Part shown: positions 7,791-15,501 of the stretch, one piece after another
Position numbering within the stretch: position 1 is the stretch's first letter
Layout of the letters: each line of letters begins with the position of its first letter
Source: Candidatus Iainarchaeum sp.
GTDB taxonomy: Archaea > Iainarchaeota > Iainarchaeia > Iainarchaeales > DTGL01
NCBI GenBank assembly: GCA_038736825.1
Contig: JAVYME010000013.1
Location: 1 to 27,573 of the forward strand
Reading direction: 5' to 3'
DNA length: 27,573 nt
Position numbers and translations under genes: made by a program
The notes under the pieces: generated by a model
What the model was told of the DNA's origin: nothing
The model's input: the letters and a program-made list of their open reading frames with translations, nothing else
The model's database searches: none

Positions 7791-8797
7791 AGCAAATCAC
7801 CAACCAAGTTCAAAACAACATATGCTACAAGTATTGCTGGCACCATTGGCGCGGATTCCTTGATTTGAATGAAGTTTTCCAATTTTCCTTCTTTGACAAG
7901 TTTTTTGAGAGCTTCAATTTCTTGTTTTTCAAGCCCTCTTGCCATGTGACTGTCCGCCAACACCTTCCTTTTTTTAGCGGTCTTTTCCAAAACCGCTATT
8001 TTATATTGTTTGATGTAGTTAATAAAGCTTTTTATGTCAAGCATGGCTTCACCGCGCTCTCTTTTTGCTTTTCCGTTTTCTAAAAGAATTGTTTCCGCTG
8101 GAATCATGCCTTCTTCAGCTTCAGTTATTTTTATTGTTTTTCTCAAGAAAACCTTGCTAGCAAGCATTAATTTGAAAACAAAAAAAAGCAAAAAAACCGA
8201 AAAAACCAAGAACAACAAAAAACCCAATTGTGGCGAATTAAAAATAATCCATGCAACAAAAAGAAATATTAAAAGACAGAGCTCGAGTGCCAGTTCCTTG
8301 AAAACCTTTTCGCCTCTTGAACGCTTCAATACAATGAAAACCGTGACTGGAAGCATGGAAAACAAAGTGAAAAAAAACAAGGTTAAAGGAAACAATGGCA
8401 CTAGGATTGGTTCAAAAAGTTTTATAGAGTAAAACCCAATTTTTCCAGCAATATAGGGATTCAATGGATTTAATGCTGCAATGCCAGTGAAAAGTTTCAC
8501 ATCACCTCCAGCCCAAACTCCCGCCTTGTAAAGAGCAAGCGAAAAAAGGAATGCCCCCAAAGTTGCAATAAAGCAATTCAATGCAATCCAATAATCTCTG
8601 GAAAAAACCGCGAACAAAATGTGCAACAACAATCCCAGAAAAACCAGTGAATAGGATAGTGCATTTGGCACAATCCTTTCCTTTAAATCAGTGTATGTTG
8701 CTATTGCCAGCCCTGCAAGCGAAATGAAAAAAAGGAATAAACCAAAAAGCATAGTTAATAAAGAAACATTGAATGTTTTTATTCCTTCTGCAAACAA
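7769..8797 (-). CDS. Archaeal A24-family prepilin peptidase (EppA/PibD-like) with C-terminal soluble domain
   Basis: Polytopic membrane protein with the two catalytic Asp contexts ATYTDLKERIVPN and WAGGDVKLF. A charged soluble segment of about 100 aa precedes the final TM helix. ATG 8752 (MLFGLF...) is a plausible alternative start. Confidence 0.85.
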   Translation of the reverse strand: MFAEGIKTFNVSLLTMLFGLFLFFISLAGLAIATYTDLKERIVPNALSYSLVFLGLLLHILFAVFSRDYWIALNCFIATLGAFLFSLALYKAGVWAGGDVKLFTGIAALNPLNPYIAGKIGFYSIKLFEPILVPLFPLTLFFFTLFSMLPVTVFIVLKRSRGEKVFKELALELCLLIFLFVAWIIFNSPQLGFLLFLVFSVFLLFFVFKLMLASKVFLRKTIKITEAEEGMIPAETILLENGKAKRERGEAMLDIKSFINYIKQYKIAVLEKTAKKRKVLADSHMARGLEKQEIEALKKLVKEGKLENFIQIKESAPMVPAILVAYVVLNLVGDLLWNLLLV

Positions 8798-8807
8798 CTA
8801 TTGGAGT

Positions 8808-8840
8808 AAAAAAAGGCTGGCTTTTAACAGCAGTCCAGCC
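8808..8840 (-). terminator. Hairpin followed by a T7 run downstream of the small pilin gene (possible partial terminator or attenuator inside the operon)
   Basis: The minus strand reads GGCTGG-(14 nt)-CCAGCC followed directly by TTTTTTT (complement of A8808-8814). It sits between the pilin stop (8852) and the peptidase start. Confidence 0.35.
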
Positions 8841-8851
8841 AGCAAATTTTT

Positions 8852-9022
8852 TTATTTTAAAATGGATGAAAGAGTGGAATCACCATAGTTTCTGATTTTT
8901 GCAATCGCCCTGTCCGCTATTCCTTGCACTGCAGTCACTAGCACGGAAACCACAATAACAAGGCCCAGCACAAATGTCAACAATATCAGGTAGTCAAACG
9001 AAACCTGTGCCCTTTCATCCAT
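8852..9022 (-). CDS. Miniature pilin (56 aa) with class III signal peptide; not in the ORF track (<60 aa)
   Basis: Hand translation: MDERA|QVSFDYLILLTFVLGLVIVVSVLVTAVQGIADRAIAKIRNYGDSTLSSILK*. It has Gln(+1), Asp(+5) and a hydrophobic helix. GGAG lies about 10 nt upstream of the ATG, and the length is 171 nt in frame. Confidence 0.65.
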   Translation of the reverse strand: MDERAQVSFDYLILLTFVLGLVIVVSVLVTAVQGIADRAIAKIRNYGDSTLSSILK

Positions 9023-9040
9023 TTAGAACGCTCCAAAAAT

Positions 9041-9346
9041 TTAAGTTCCTTGGCAATAGGTTGTGGTATTCCAAGCTAAACCAGACCTTATTTTGCATAC
9101 TGCTGGTGAAGCGGCAGCATCCCACTCGCACTCGTTACCAGGCAACTCTGATGTAACATCCGCTTGGTTTAGGCATGTGCTCTGGGTCAGTTTTTGAGCG
9201 CATAACTGTGTTACATGCTGTTTGAAGTTGTCGCAAGTCATAGTCCTTGTTGAAAAGAAAACAAAGTACAATACAATGCCTGCAATTGCCACTCCTGCAC
9301 CAATCATTAAAAGGTATTCCAGTGCACCTTGTCCTTTAAATCTCAT
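9041..9346 (-). CDS. Pilin with class III signal peptide, Cys-rich C-terminal domain (6 Cys)
   Basis: MRFKG|QGALEYLLMIGAGVAIAGIVLYFVFF..., preceded by a GGAGGGA Shine-Dalgarno sequence. The mature part contains 6 cysteines. Confidence 0.75.
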   Translation of the reverse strand: MRFKGQGALEYLLMIGAGVAIAGIVLYFVFFSTRTMTCDNFKQHVTQLCAQKLTQSTCLNQADVTSELPGNECEWDAAASPAVCKIRSGLAWNTTTYCQGT

Positions 9347-9363
9347 TCCATTCCCTCCTTTTT

Positions 9364-9516
9364 TTATTTTGCTGCATTATATGATTGTTCAACTGTTGTA
9401 CTAGCAGTTCTTGGAACGCTTTTCAAGTATATTCCTATTGCTGTTGCTGCTGCAACAGCGCCGCCCAGTATCAACAGGTATTCTATTGAGGTTTGGGCTT
9501 TTTCTTCCTTTAACAT
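9364..9516 (-). CDS. Miniature Flp-like pilin (50 aa) with class III signal peptide; not in the ORF track
   Basis: Hand translation: MLKEEKA|QTSIEYLLILGGAVAAATAIGIYLKSVPRTASTTVEQSYNAAK*. GGAGGGT lies 8 nt upstream of ATG 9516..9514. It is the first gene after the platform protein. Confidence 0.65.
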   Translation of the reverse strand: MLKEEKAQTSIEYLLILGGAVAAATAIGIYLKSVPRTASTTVEQSYNAAK

Positions 9517-9520
9517 TTTT

Positions 9521-10567
9521 CTACCCTCCAAAGAATCCTTGCGTTATCACGTTTGATACAAAGAATACTGTATATGCAATTAATAAGAGTATTGGGATAT
9601 ATATAAAGCTTTTGGTTATTTTTCCCTCTCTCACAATTGCAATCATCAAACCAATGGCTGCTGCCTCTATTATTAGGTATAATGCCACGAACAACATTAC
9701 TGAGCCTTGCACGCAAGGCCAGTAATCGTTAGGGCACATTTTTTGAGAGCAAAAAATACTGGATTCTTGGCTGTTGCACCTAAGGCAAGCATTTTCATTT
9801 CCGGAACAGCATTCAAAGCAACTGCCTCCACCGCGCCCTCCAAGCATTGGTGCTTGAGTCATTAAAAAGCCGAGTATGGACATTACGAGCCCAAAAATGA
9901 ATGGTGCTACAACCGCTCCGGCTGCAACCATGAAAAGCACTTGCATTAAAGTGCTGCTTTTCCTTTCATTGATTATTCTCTGGTTTGCTTTAACATCATC
10001 TGCAATTTCTTCCAATATGTCTGCAAGGCTTGCTCCAGCAGCGATTGAGTCCAATATTATGTTTGTTGCCCTGGTTACAACCCTGCTTGTGACATTTGTG
10101 GAAAAGGCTTTAAGAGAGTTTTCAAGGTTTTCGCCTTCCTCGAGCCTTCTCAAAACATTATTCATTTCTTCCGTGAGTGGTCCGTACTCGCTTGTGCTCA
10201 CTCCCCTTAAAGCGTATTCAAATGTGCCGCCTGCTTTCAAAGTGTCAGCCATTTGCTTTAATGCATCCGGCAATGCGTTTTCAATCTGGTCAATCCTTCT
10301 CGTGGCTTTCAAATAGGGGAATCCAACCAAGAGATCGAATAACACAATGAAAGTTATCATGGAAAAGAGAATGCTGTGGACTTGGTTGACAACTATTAAT
10401 CGCAATCCAATTCCTGGAATTAGCCCGAAAAGCAGCATTAGCACAAGGGTTACTCCCAAAGCAATCACTAGTGATACTAGAATCCAAACAGCTGGTTTGA
10501 AAGGCCATCTAACCTGTCTGAGGTATTCCTTGTATGCTGCCCAAATTTCTTTTAATTTTGAAGCCAC
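9521..10567 (-). CDS. Type II secretion system F-domain platform protein (TadC/FlaJ/EpdK-like) with Cys-rich loop
   Basis: TM hairpin, a cytoplasmic T2SS-F-like helical domain (LPDALKQMADTLKAGGTFEYALRGV...YGPLTEEM...LEEGENLENSL), then three more TM helices. The GTG start is preceded by GGTGAT. Confidence 0.8.
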   Translation of the reverse strand: MASKLKEIWAAYKEYLRQVRWPFKPAVWILVSLVIALGVTLVLMLLFGLIPGIGLRLIVVNQVHSILFSMITFIVLFDLLVGFPYLKATRRIDQIENALPDALKQMADTLKAGGTFEYALRGVSTSEYGPLTEEMNNVLRRLEEGENLENSLKAFSTNVTSRVVTRATNIILDSIAAGASLADILEEIADDVKANQRIINERKSSTLMQVLFMVAAGAVVAPFIFGLVMSILGFLMTQAPMLGGRGGGSCFECCSGNENACLRCNSQESSIFCSQKMCPNDYWPCVQGSVMLFVALYLIIEAAAIGLMIAIVREGKITKSFIYIPILLLIAYTVFFVSNVITQGFFGG

Positions 10568-10579
10568 TTTTTATCACCA

Positions 10580-11743
10580 TCACACATGCGGTTGCATTAT
10601 TTGAATGAACAAAAACAACCATAAAAGTATTCCAGGCATTATTAAGAGATAGAACAGCATTATGATATCAAGGCTTAAAGGCAGGCTCCTGAAAGAAGCT
10701 CCTGTGCCAACCGTGGTGCCCTCCATTGGTGCCATTACTGGTGAATTCCTTATTCCGCCAAGTATTGCCACAAATACTGGCAAAACTATTGCCATGAATA
10801 TTAGAATTACCCCTAAAAAGTTCATTTTTTCTCCAAACTCGCGCATTTTCATTCTTAATTCAAAAGAAACATCTTCTGCAATTTCGTTCATTATGTTGGA
10901 CAGGTTGCCGCCTGTTTTGAGTGCACGAATTGTGTGCATCATGGCATTTCTTAGGGCGCTTGACTCTGTTCGCAGGGCAAGATGCCTTAATGCAACCTGT
11001 GTGTCGGTTCCTTCTTCGATTTCTGTTATTGTTCGACTGAATTCTTCGCTTAGTGGTCCATAGTCTGCGCTTGCGACTGTTTGCAGTGTCCTATAAAGCC
11101 CGATGCCTGCACTAAGCTGTGTTGCAATGTGCCTTAATGCAAAGGGTAATTCTCTGCTTATCATTTTTCCTCTTGCTTGTGCTCTTTGTCTTGGAATCAA
11201 TACCATGATTAGTGCAGCAAAAAAGCAAACAATTACTGAAATGATTATGCTGAGCAACAAGTCTAGTATTTGCAGGGCTGGTGAAAGGACTAATAGCACT
11301 ATAAGCACAACCAAAAACACGATTAGTGCTCCAATTGTGGTTAGGGCAAGCCATTGCTTTGCAGAATATTTCATGTTTGCAGAATAAAGATAGTATTCTA
11401 GCTGTTTTGATCCAGGCAATCTTTCAAAAAGCCAGTAAAGCGGTTTTGTGAGCCCGCCAAGCGCTAGATAGATTCCACCCAATCCTCGCACTAAACTGTT
11501 ATCTGATTCCTTTAAGTCTTCAACTCTTTGGACTTCAAGGCCTTTCTCTGGACCGCCGGCAATCACGCTTCTTAATTCGCCCATTCGCCCAGTGTACTCT
11601 GTTTCAGCCATTCCTTCAGCTGAATATTTTTTTTTCATTTTTTCAACGATTTTTTCCACTTTTTCCATGTCTGCTTTTTCTGCTTCTCTAGTGGATTCAA
11701 GTTGTGCTTCTTTTTTGTCGTCTTTTCCAAAGCCAAGAGGCAT
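10580..11743 (-). CDS. Type II secretion system F-domain platform protein (TadB/FlaJ/EpdJ-like)
   Basis: LPFALRHIATQLSAGIGLYRTLQTVASADYGPLSEEFSRTITEIEEGTDTQVAL is typical of T2SS-F/FlaJ proteins, and TM helices flank it. The ATG shares one nucleotide with the ATPase stop (TAATG). Confidence 0.8.
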   Translation of the reverse strand: MPLGFGKDDKKEAQLESTREAEKADMEKVEKIVEKMKKKYSAEGMAETEYTGRMGELRSVIAGGPEKGLEVQRVEDLKESDNSLVRGLGGIYLALGGLTKPLYWLFERLPGSKQLEYYLYSANMKYSAKQWLALTTIGALIVFLVVLIVLLVLSPALQILDLLLSIIISVIVCFFAALIMVLIPRQRAQARGKMISRELPFALRHIATQLSAGIGLYRTLQTVASADYGPLSEEFSRTITEIEEGTDTQVALRHLALRTESSALRNAMMHTIRALKTGGNLSNIMNEIAEDVSFELRMKMREFGEKMNFLGVILIFMAIVLPVFVAILGGIRNSPVMAPMEGTTVGTGASFRSLPLSLDIIMLFYLLIMPGILLWLFLFIQIMQPHV

Positions 11744-13671
11744 TATTTCTCACTCTCCGCTAGCAGGAATGCTTTCATTCTTTTGGATGTTTCTTTTGCA
11801 GAGCGCACTTTGTTTTTAACCAAGTTTTCAAGGAAAAGCTGTCTTTTCTTTAGTTCTTTTTCAAGTTGTTGTGCTGACATTCCCGAAAGCCTTCCAAGTT
11901 CCCTTAAATAATTGCATGGAACGCCTGTTTTTTTAAGCTCGTCTTTTACGGGATCCCATTCATAAATTGCTTGTGCTTGGGCTTTTCCCTCTAGAACTCC
12001 GCCGACTTCGCTTATTTCAGTAATGCGCCTTATAGTGCCTTTTTTTCTGTCATGCAATCTGTTTTCCACTATTATGAAGTTTAGCCCTGAGAGCATGGCT
12101 TCTGGAACGCTCATTGGCGGGCTTGTAACCCTGACAAGGGTTTCTTGGGCTGTGTTTGCATGCACTGTTCCCAGGGAACCATCGTGTCCAGTGTTCATTG
12201 CAGTGAATAGAGTGAATGCTTCGTCATGCCTTATTTCACCCACAATTATTCTGTCAGGCCTCATTCTAAGAGAGTTTTTTGTTAAAATGTCTAGGGTTAC
12301 TTCGCCCTTGTTTTCAAGCCCTGGAGGCCTTGCTTCGAATCTAATCCAGTGTTCTAATGGCAAGTTTAGTTCTGCTGTGTCTTCAATGCTTATCACTCTT
12401 TCAGTAGTTGGGATGAATGATGCTAGAACGTTCAAAAGAGTGGTTTTTCCGCTACCTGTTCCTCCTGCAATCAATATGTTTGCAGGCCTTGTTTCAATGC
12501 CTTCAACTGCAAGCCAGAGGAATGCTGCCACTTCAGAGTTCATGGTGCCAAAGTTTATCAAGTCAATGATTGAGAATGGGTCTTCTCTGAATTTTCTTAT
12601 TGTGAGTGTTGGTCCTGAAACGCTTATTGGTTTTATGGTTGCGTTTACCCTGCTTCCGTCTGGAAGCCTTGCGTCAAGCAATGGTGAGGCAAAGTCAACT
12701 CTTCTTCCAATTTCCCTGCCCACCCTGTTTATGAGGTCAACCACTTCGTCTTCTGTGTAAAATTCTATGTTTGTTTTCATCATTTCATAGTCTCTGTGGA
12801 AAACAAAAACTGGTTTTTTTTCGCCTGTCACCATTATTTCTTCCAGCCTGTCATCTCTTACAAGGGGGTCTATTAAGCCATAGCCAACCATTTCCCTTAT
12901 CACTGCTTCCGTGTAAAAATTCATTTTTCCCTTTGGTATTTGGATTTCTGGAGCTGACTGTAATATGTCTAGAATTCTTTGCCTGTAAACAGCCCTTCTT
13001 TGTTCTGGATCGCGGATTTTGTAGGGGGAAATTGTAATGAGCCTTGTAGCAGCTTCTTTTATTGTGCGAATTATTCTTTTTTCGCTTGCAGTCGGTCTTG
13101 GCACTGGCACATAATAGTATAACATTTTTTCTCCGGGAATCTTGTAAATTTTTATTCCCGGGCCATAGGATTCAACTTCAATTTTGTTTGGGGATTCAAA
13201 GGCTTTTTGTGTTTCGCTTTCGGCTTCAGAGCTTTCTATTGAGGTTTCCGCACTGGACATTGGTTGTTCTGGTGGTAATTCTTTTGCTTCTGGAATGCCA
13301 GTGAATGGTTCTTTTGCTGGCAATGGTTGTGCTTGTCTTCCACTTGAAGCCGGTTGGTCAAAATCGTCAAAAATGAAATCTTCGCCTGGTATTTCTGGCT
13401 CTTTTTCCACTTGTTTTTCTAATGGCATTGCCTTTTGCCTTGCAGTCAAAGGCTTTTTTTGTGCCGGTGTTGTGTCTTCGCCCAATTCTTTTTTTAGTCC
13501 TTCTCTTACTGCGCTTATTTTTCTTTCCAAGTCTTCTTCTGCAAATCTTTCTTCTGGTCCTGCTTCTGGAATACCCATGCCTTCGTCTTCAGAGAATAAA
13601 TTGCTTTGAGTGTTTTTCGGGCTTTTTTTTGCTTTTTCAATCAGGTCTTTCAAGTAGTCGGTTTCAGGCAT
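11743..13671 (-). CDS. FlaI/TadA/EpdL-type type IV pilus assembly ATPase with long acidic N-terminal extension
   Basis: Walker A AGGTGSGKTTLLN, Asp box ISIEDTAEL, Walker B DRIIVGEIRHDEA and His box GHDGSLGTVHAN. The first ~165 aa are low-complexity and rich in E/P/K. Confidence 0.9.
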   Translation of the reverse strand: MPETDYLKDLIEKAKKSPKNTQSNLFSEDEGMGIPEAGPEERFAEEDLERKISAVREGLKKELGEDTTPAQKKPLTARQKAMPLEKQVEKEPEIPGEDFIFDDFDQPASSGRQAQPLPAKEPFTGIPEAKELPPEQPMSSAETSIESSEAESETQKAFESPNKIEVESYGPGIKIYKIPGEKMLYYYVPVPRPTASEKRIIRTIKEAATRLITISPYKIRDPEQRRAVYRQRILDILQSAPEIQIPKGKMNFYTEAVIREMVGYGLIDPLVRDDRLEEIMVTGEKKPVFVFHRDYEMMKTNIEFYTEDEVVDLINRVGREIGRRVDFASPLLDARLPDGSRVNATIKPISVSGPTLTIRKFREDPFSIIDLINFGTMNSEVAAFLWLAVEGIETRPANILIAGGTGSGKTTLLNVLASFIPTTERVISIEDTAELNLPLEHWIRFEARPPGLENKGEVTLDILTKNSLRMRPDRIIVGEIRHDEAFTLFTAMNTGHDGSLGTVHANTAQETLVRVTSPPMSVPEAMLSGLNFIIVENRLHDRKKGTIRRITEISEVGGVLEGKAQAQAIYEWDPVKDELKKTGVPCNYLRELGRLSGMSAQQLEKELKKRQLFLENLVKNKVRSAKETSKRMKAFLLAESEK

Positions 13672-13699
13672 TATGGCACCAATAACAAAACGCCTTTCC

Positions 13700-13711
13700 T
13701 ATATAAAAATT
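13700..13711 (-). promoter_or_regulatory. Candidate TATA box for the pilus operon
   Basis: The minus strand reads TTTTTATATA about 30-40 nt upstream of ATG 13671, in the 77-nt thrS-ATPase spacer. Confidence 0.3.
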
Positions 13712-13748
13712 TATTGTTTTAATGTCTTTCTCTGGTTTCAAATTTTGC

Positions 13749-15461
13749 TTATTTTTTTTCTCTTGTTTCTGTTATAATTCTTTCAATTAATTTTTGCACT
13801 GGAACTTCTTTTTCCATTTCTCCAGACCTTTTTCTTACAGTCACTGCATCTTTTTCTATTTCTGAATCGCCAACTACAAGAATGTAGGGTATTTTTTGCA
13901 GTTGTGCTTCTCTTACTTTTTTTGAAACACTTTCATTTCTTGCATCGGTTTCCACTCTTAAGCCGTGCATTCTCATTTCGCTTGCAATCTTTTCAATGCT
14001 TTCACAATGCCTGTCTGCAATTGCAATGATTTTTGCTTGAACCGGGCTCAACCATAATGGCAGTGCCCCGCCATAGTTTTCCAATAGTACGCCCAAAAAC
14101 CTTTCAAGTGAGCCCAGCAATGCGCGATGAATCATTACTGGGCGGTGTTTTTTGTCATCTTCGCCTATGTAATACAAGTCGAATTTTTCTGGCATTGAAA
14201 AGTCCACTTGTATTGTGCCACACTGCCAGTTTCTCTCCAAAGCATCTTTTATGTGGAAATCTATTTTTGGGCCATAAAATGCGCCTTCGCCTGGATTGAC
14301 TTTAAACTCTATTTTCATTTCTTTTAGTGCGGTTTCCAGTGATTTGGTTGCGTGCTCCCAGACTTCTTCTGAACCCATTGCCTTTTCTGGTTTTGTGCTT
14401 AATTCCACTTGGTATTCGTTGAAACCGAAAGCCGAATAAAGGGTTTTTGTGAGCTCTATGACGTTCTTGATTTCGTCCTTTAATTGTGCTTCAGTGCAAT
14501 AAATGTGTGCATCATCCTGAGTGAATTTTCTCACCCTGAAAAGCCCGTTGAGCACGCCGCTTCTTTCATTGCGGTGGACTATTCCGAGTTCAGCCATTTT
14601 TATGGGCAGTTCCCTATAAGAATGCCTTGTTTCACTGAAAACAAGTATGCCGCCAGGGCAATTCATTGGCTTTACTGCAAAATCCTGTTCTTCTATTTTT
14701 GTGAAAAACATGTTGTCCTTGTAGTGATCCCAGTGTCCCGACCTAAGCCAGAGCGATTTGTTCAAAATCATTGGAGTTGACACAATTTGATAGCCTCTTT
14801 TTCTGTGCTCTTGTTTCCAGAATTCCACAATTGCATCCAAAACAATCAATCCCTTGTCGTGAAAGAAGGGCATGCCTGGCGCTTCAGGGTGAATGGAAAA
14901 AAGGTCCAGATCTTTTCCTATTTTTATGTGGTTTCTTTCCCCAATCTCTTTTTGTTTTTTCAAGAAGTCCTGCAATTCTTGTTCTGATGCAAAGCTTATG
15001 CCGTAAATTCTTTGCAGCATTTTGTTCTTTTCACTGCCCCGCCAGTATGCGCCAGCAGTCCTGAGCAATTTGAAGGCTTTTATTTCGCCAGTGCTTTGCA
15101 CGTGCGGGCCCTTGCAAAGATCTGTGAAATCGCCATGCGAATAAATGCTTATTTTTTGGCCTTCAAGGCCTTCAATGAGTTCCAGCTTGTATGGTTCTCC
15201 AGCAAAGAGTTTTTGCGCTTCTTCTTTGGAAATTTCTTTTTTTTCAAATTTTTCATTCTTTTTTATTATTTCTTTCATTTTTGCCTCGATTTTTTCAAGG
15301 TCTTCTTGAGTGAATGGCCTGTCTATGTCGAAATCATAGTAAAAGCCCTCTCTTGCAGCAGGCCCTATTCCAAGCCTGGCTTTTGGAAAAATTTGCCTTA
15401 CAGCGTCAGCCATTACATGAGAGGACGAATGCCATAAAGTTTCAAGTTTTTCTCTTTCCAT
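13749..15461 (-). CDS. thrS: Threonyl-tRNA synthetase, bacterial-type editing domain, no TGS domain
   Basis: HSSSH...CKGPH (HxxxH/CxxxH editing-site pattern), class II core FRVRKFTQDDAHIYC, GAFYGPKIDF and HRALLGSLERF, plus a C-terminal anticodon-binding domain. GAGGGG lies upstream of the ATG. Confidence 0.95.
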   Translation of the reverse strand: MEREKLETLWHSSSHVMADAVRQIFPKARLGIGPAAREGFYYDFDIDRPFTQEDLEKIEAKMKEIIKKNEKFEKKEISKEEAQKLFAGEPYKLELIEGLEGQKISIYSHGDFTDLCKGPHVQSTGEIKAFKLLRTAGAYWRGSEKNKMLQRIYGISFASEQELQDFLKKQKEIGERNHIKIGKDLDLFSIHPEAPGMPFFHDKGLIVLDAIVEFWKQEHRKRGYQIVSTPMILNKSLWLRSGHWDHYKDNMFFTKIEEQDFAVKPMNCPGGILVFSETRHSYRELPIKMAELGIVHRNERSGVLNGLFRVRKFTQDDAHIYCTEAQLKDEIKNVIELTKTLYSAFGFNEYQVELSTKPEKAMGSEEVWEHATKSLETALKEMKIEFKVNPGEGAFYGPKIDFHIKDALERNWQCGTIQVDFSMPEKFDLYYIGEDDKKHRPVMIHRALLGSLERFLGVLLENYGGALPLWLSPVQAKIIAIADRHCESIEKIASEMRMHGLRVETDARNESVSKKVREAQLQKIPYILVVGDSEIEKDAVTVRKRSGEMEKEVPVQKLIERIITETREKK

Positions 15462-15501
15462 TTAAACCCCTCTTTTAACCATTAATAATTCTTTTAATTG
15501 A

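Noticed and set aside
7850-8149. About 100-aa charged soluble segment near the C-terminus of the prepilin peptidase, considered as a novel insertion
   Set aside because: Archaeal A24 peptidases with dedicated C-terminal domains are already described as families (Arc_PepC-type). Without a search, I cannot claim novelty.
12023-12760. 245-aa plus-strand ORF inside the pilus ATPase gene (similar cases: 5759..6349 antisense to mcm, 13184..13609 and 9876..10316)
   Set aside because: These are antisense to genes with clear Walker or T2SS-F motifs. They have no RBS and a Ser/Phe/Leu-rich composition, so they are shadow ORFs.
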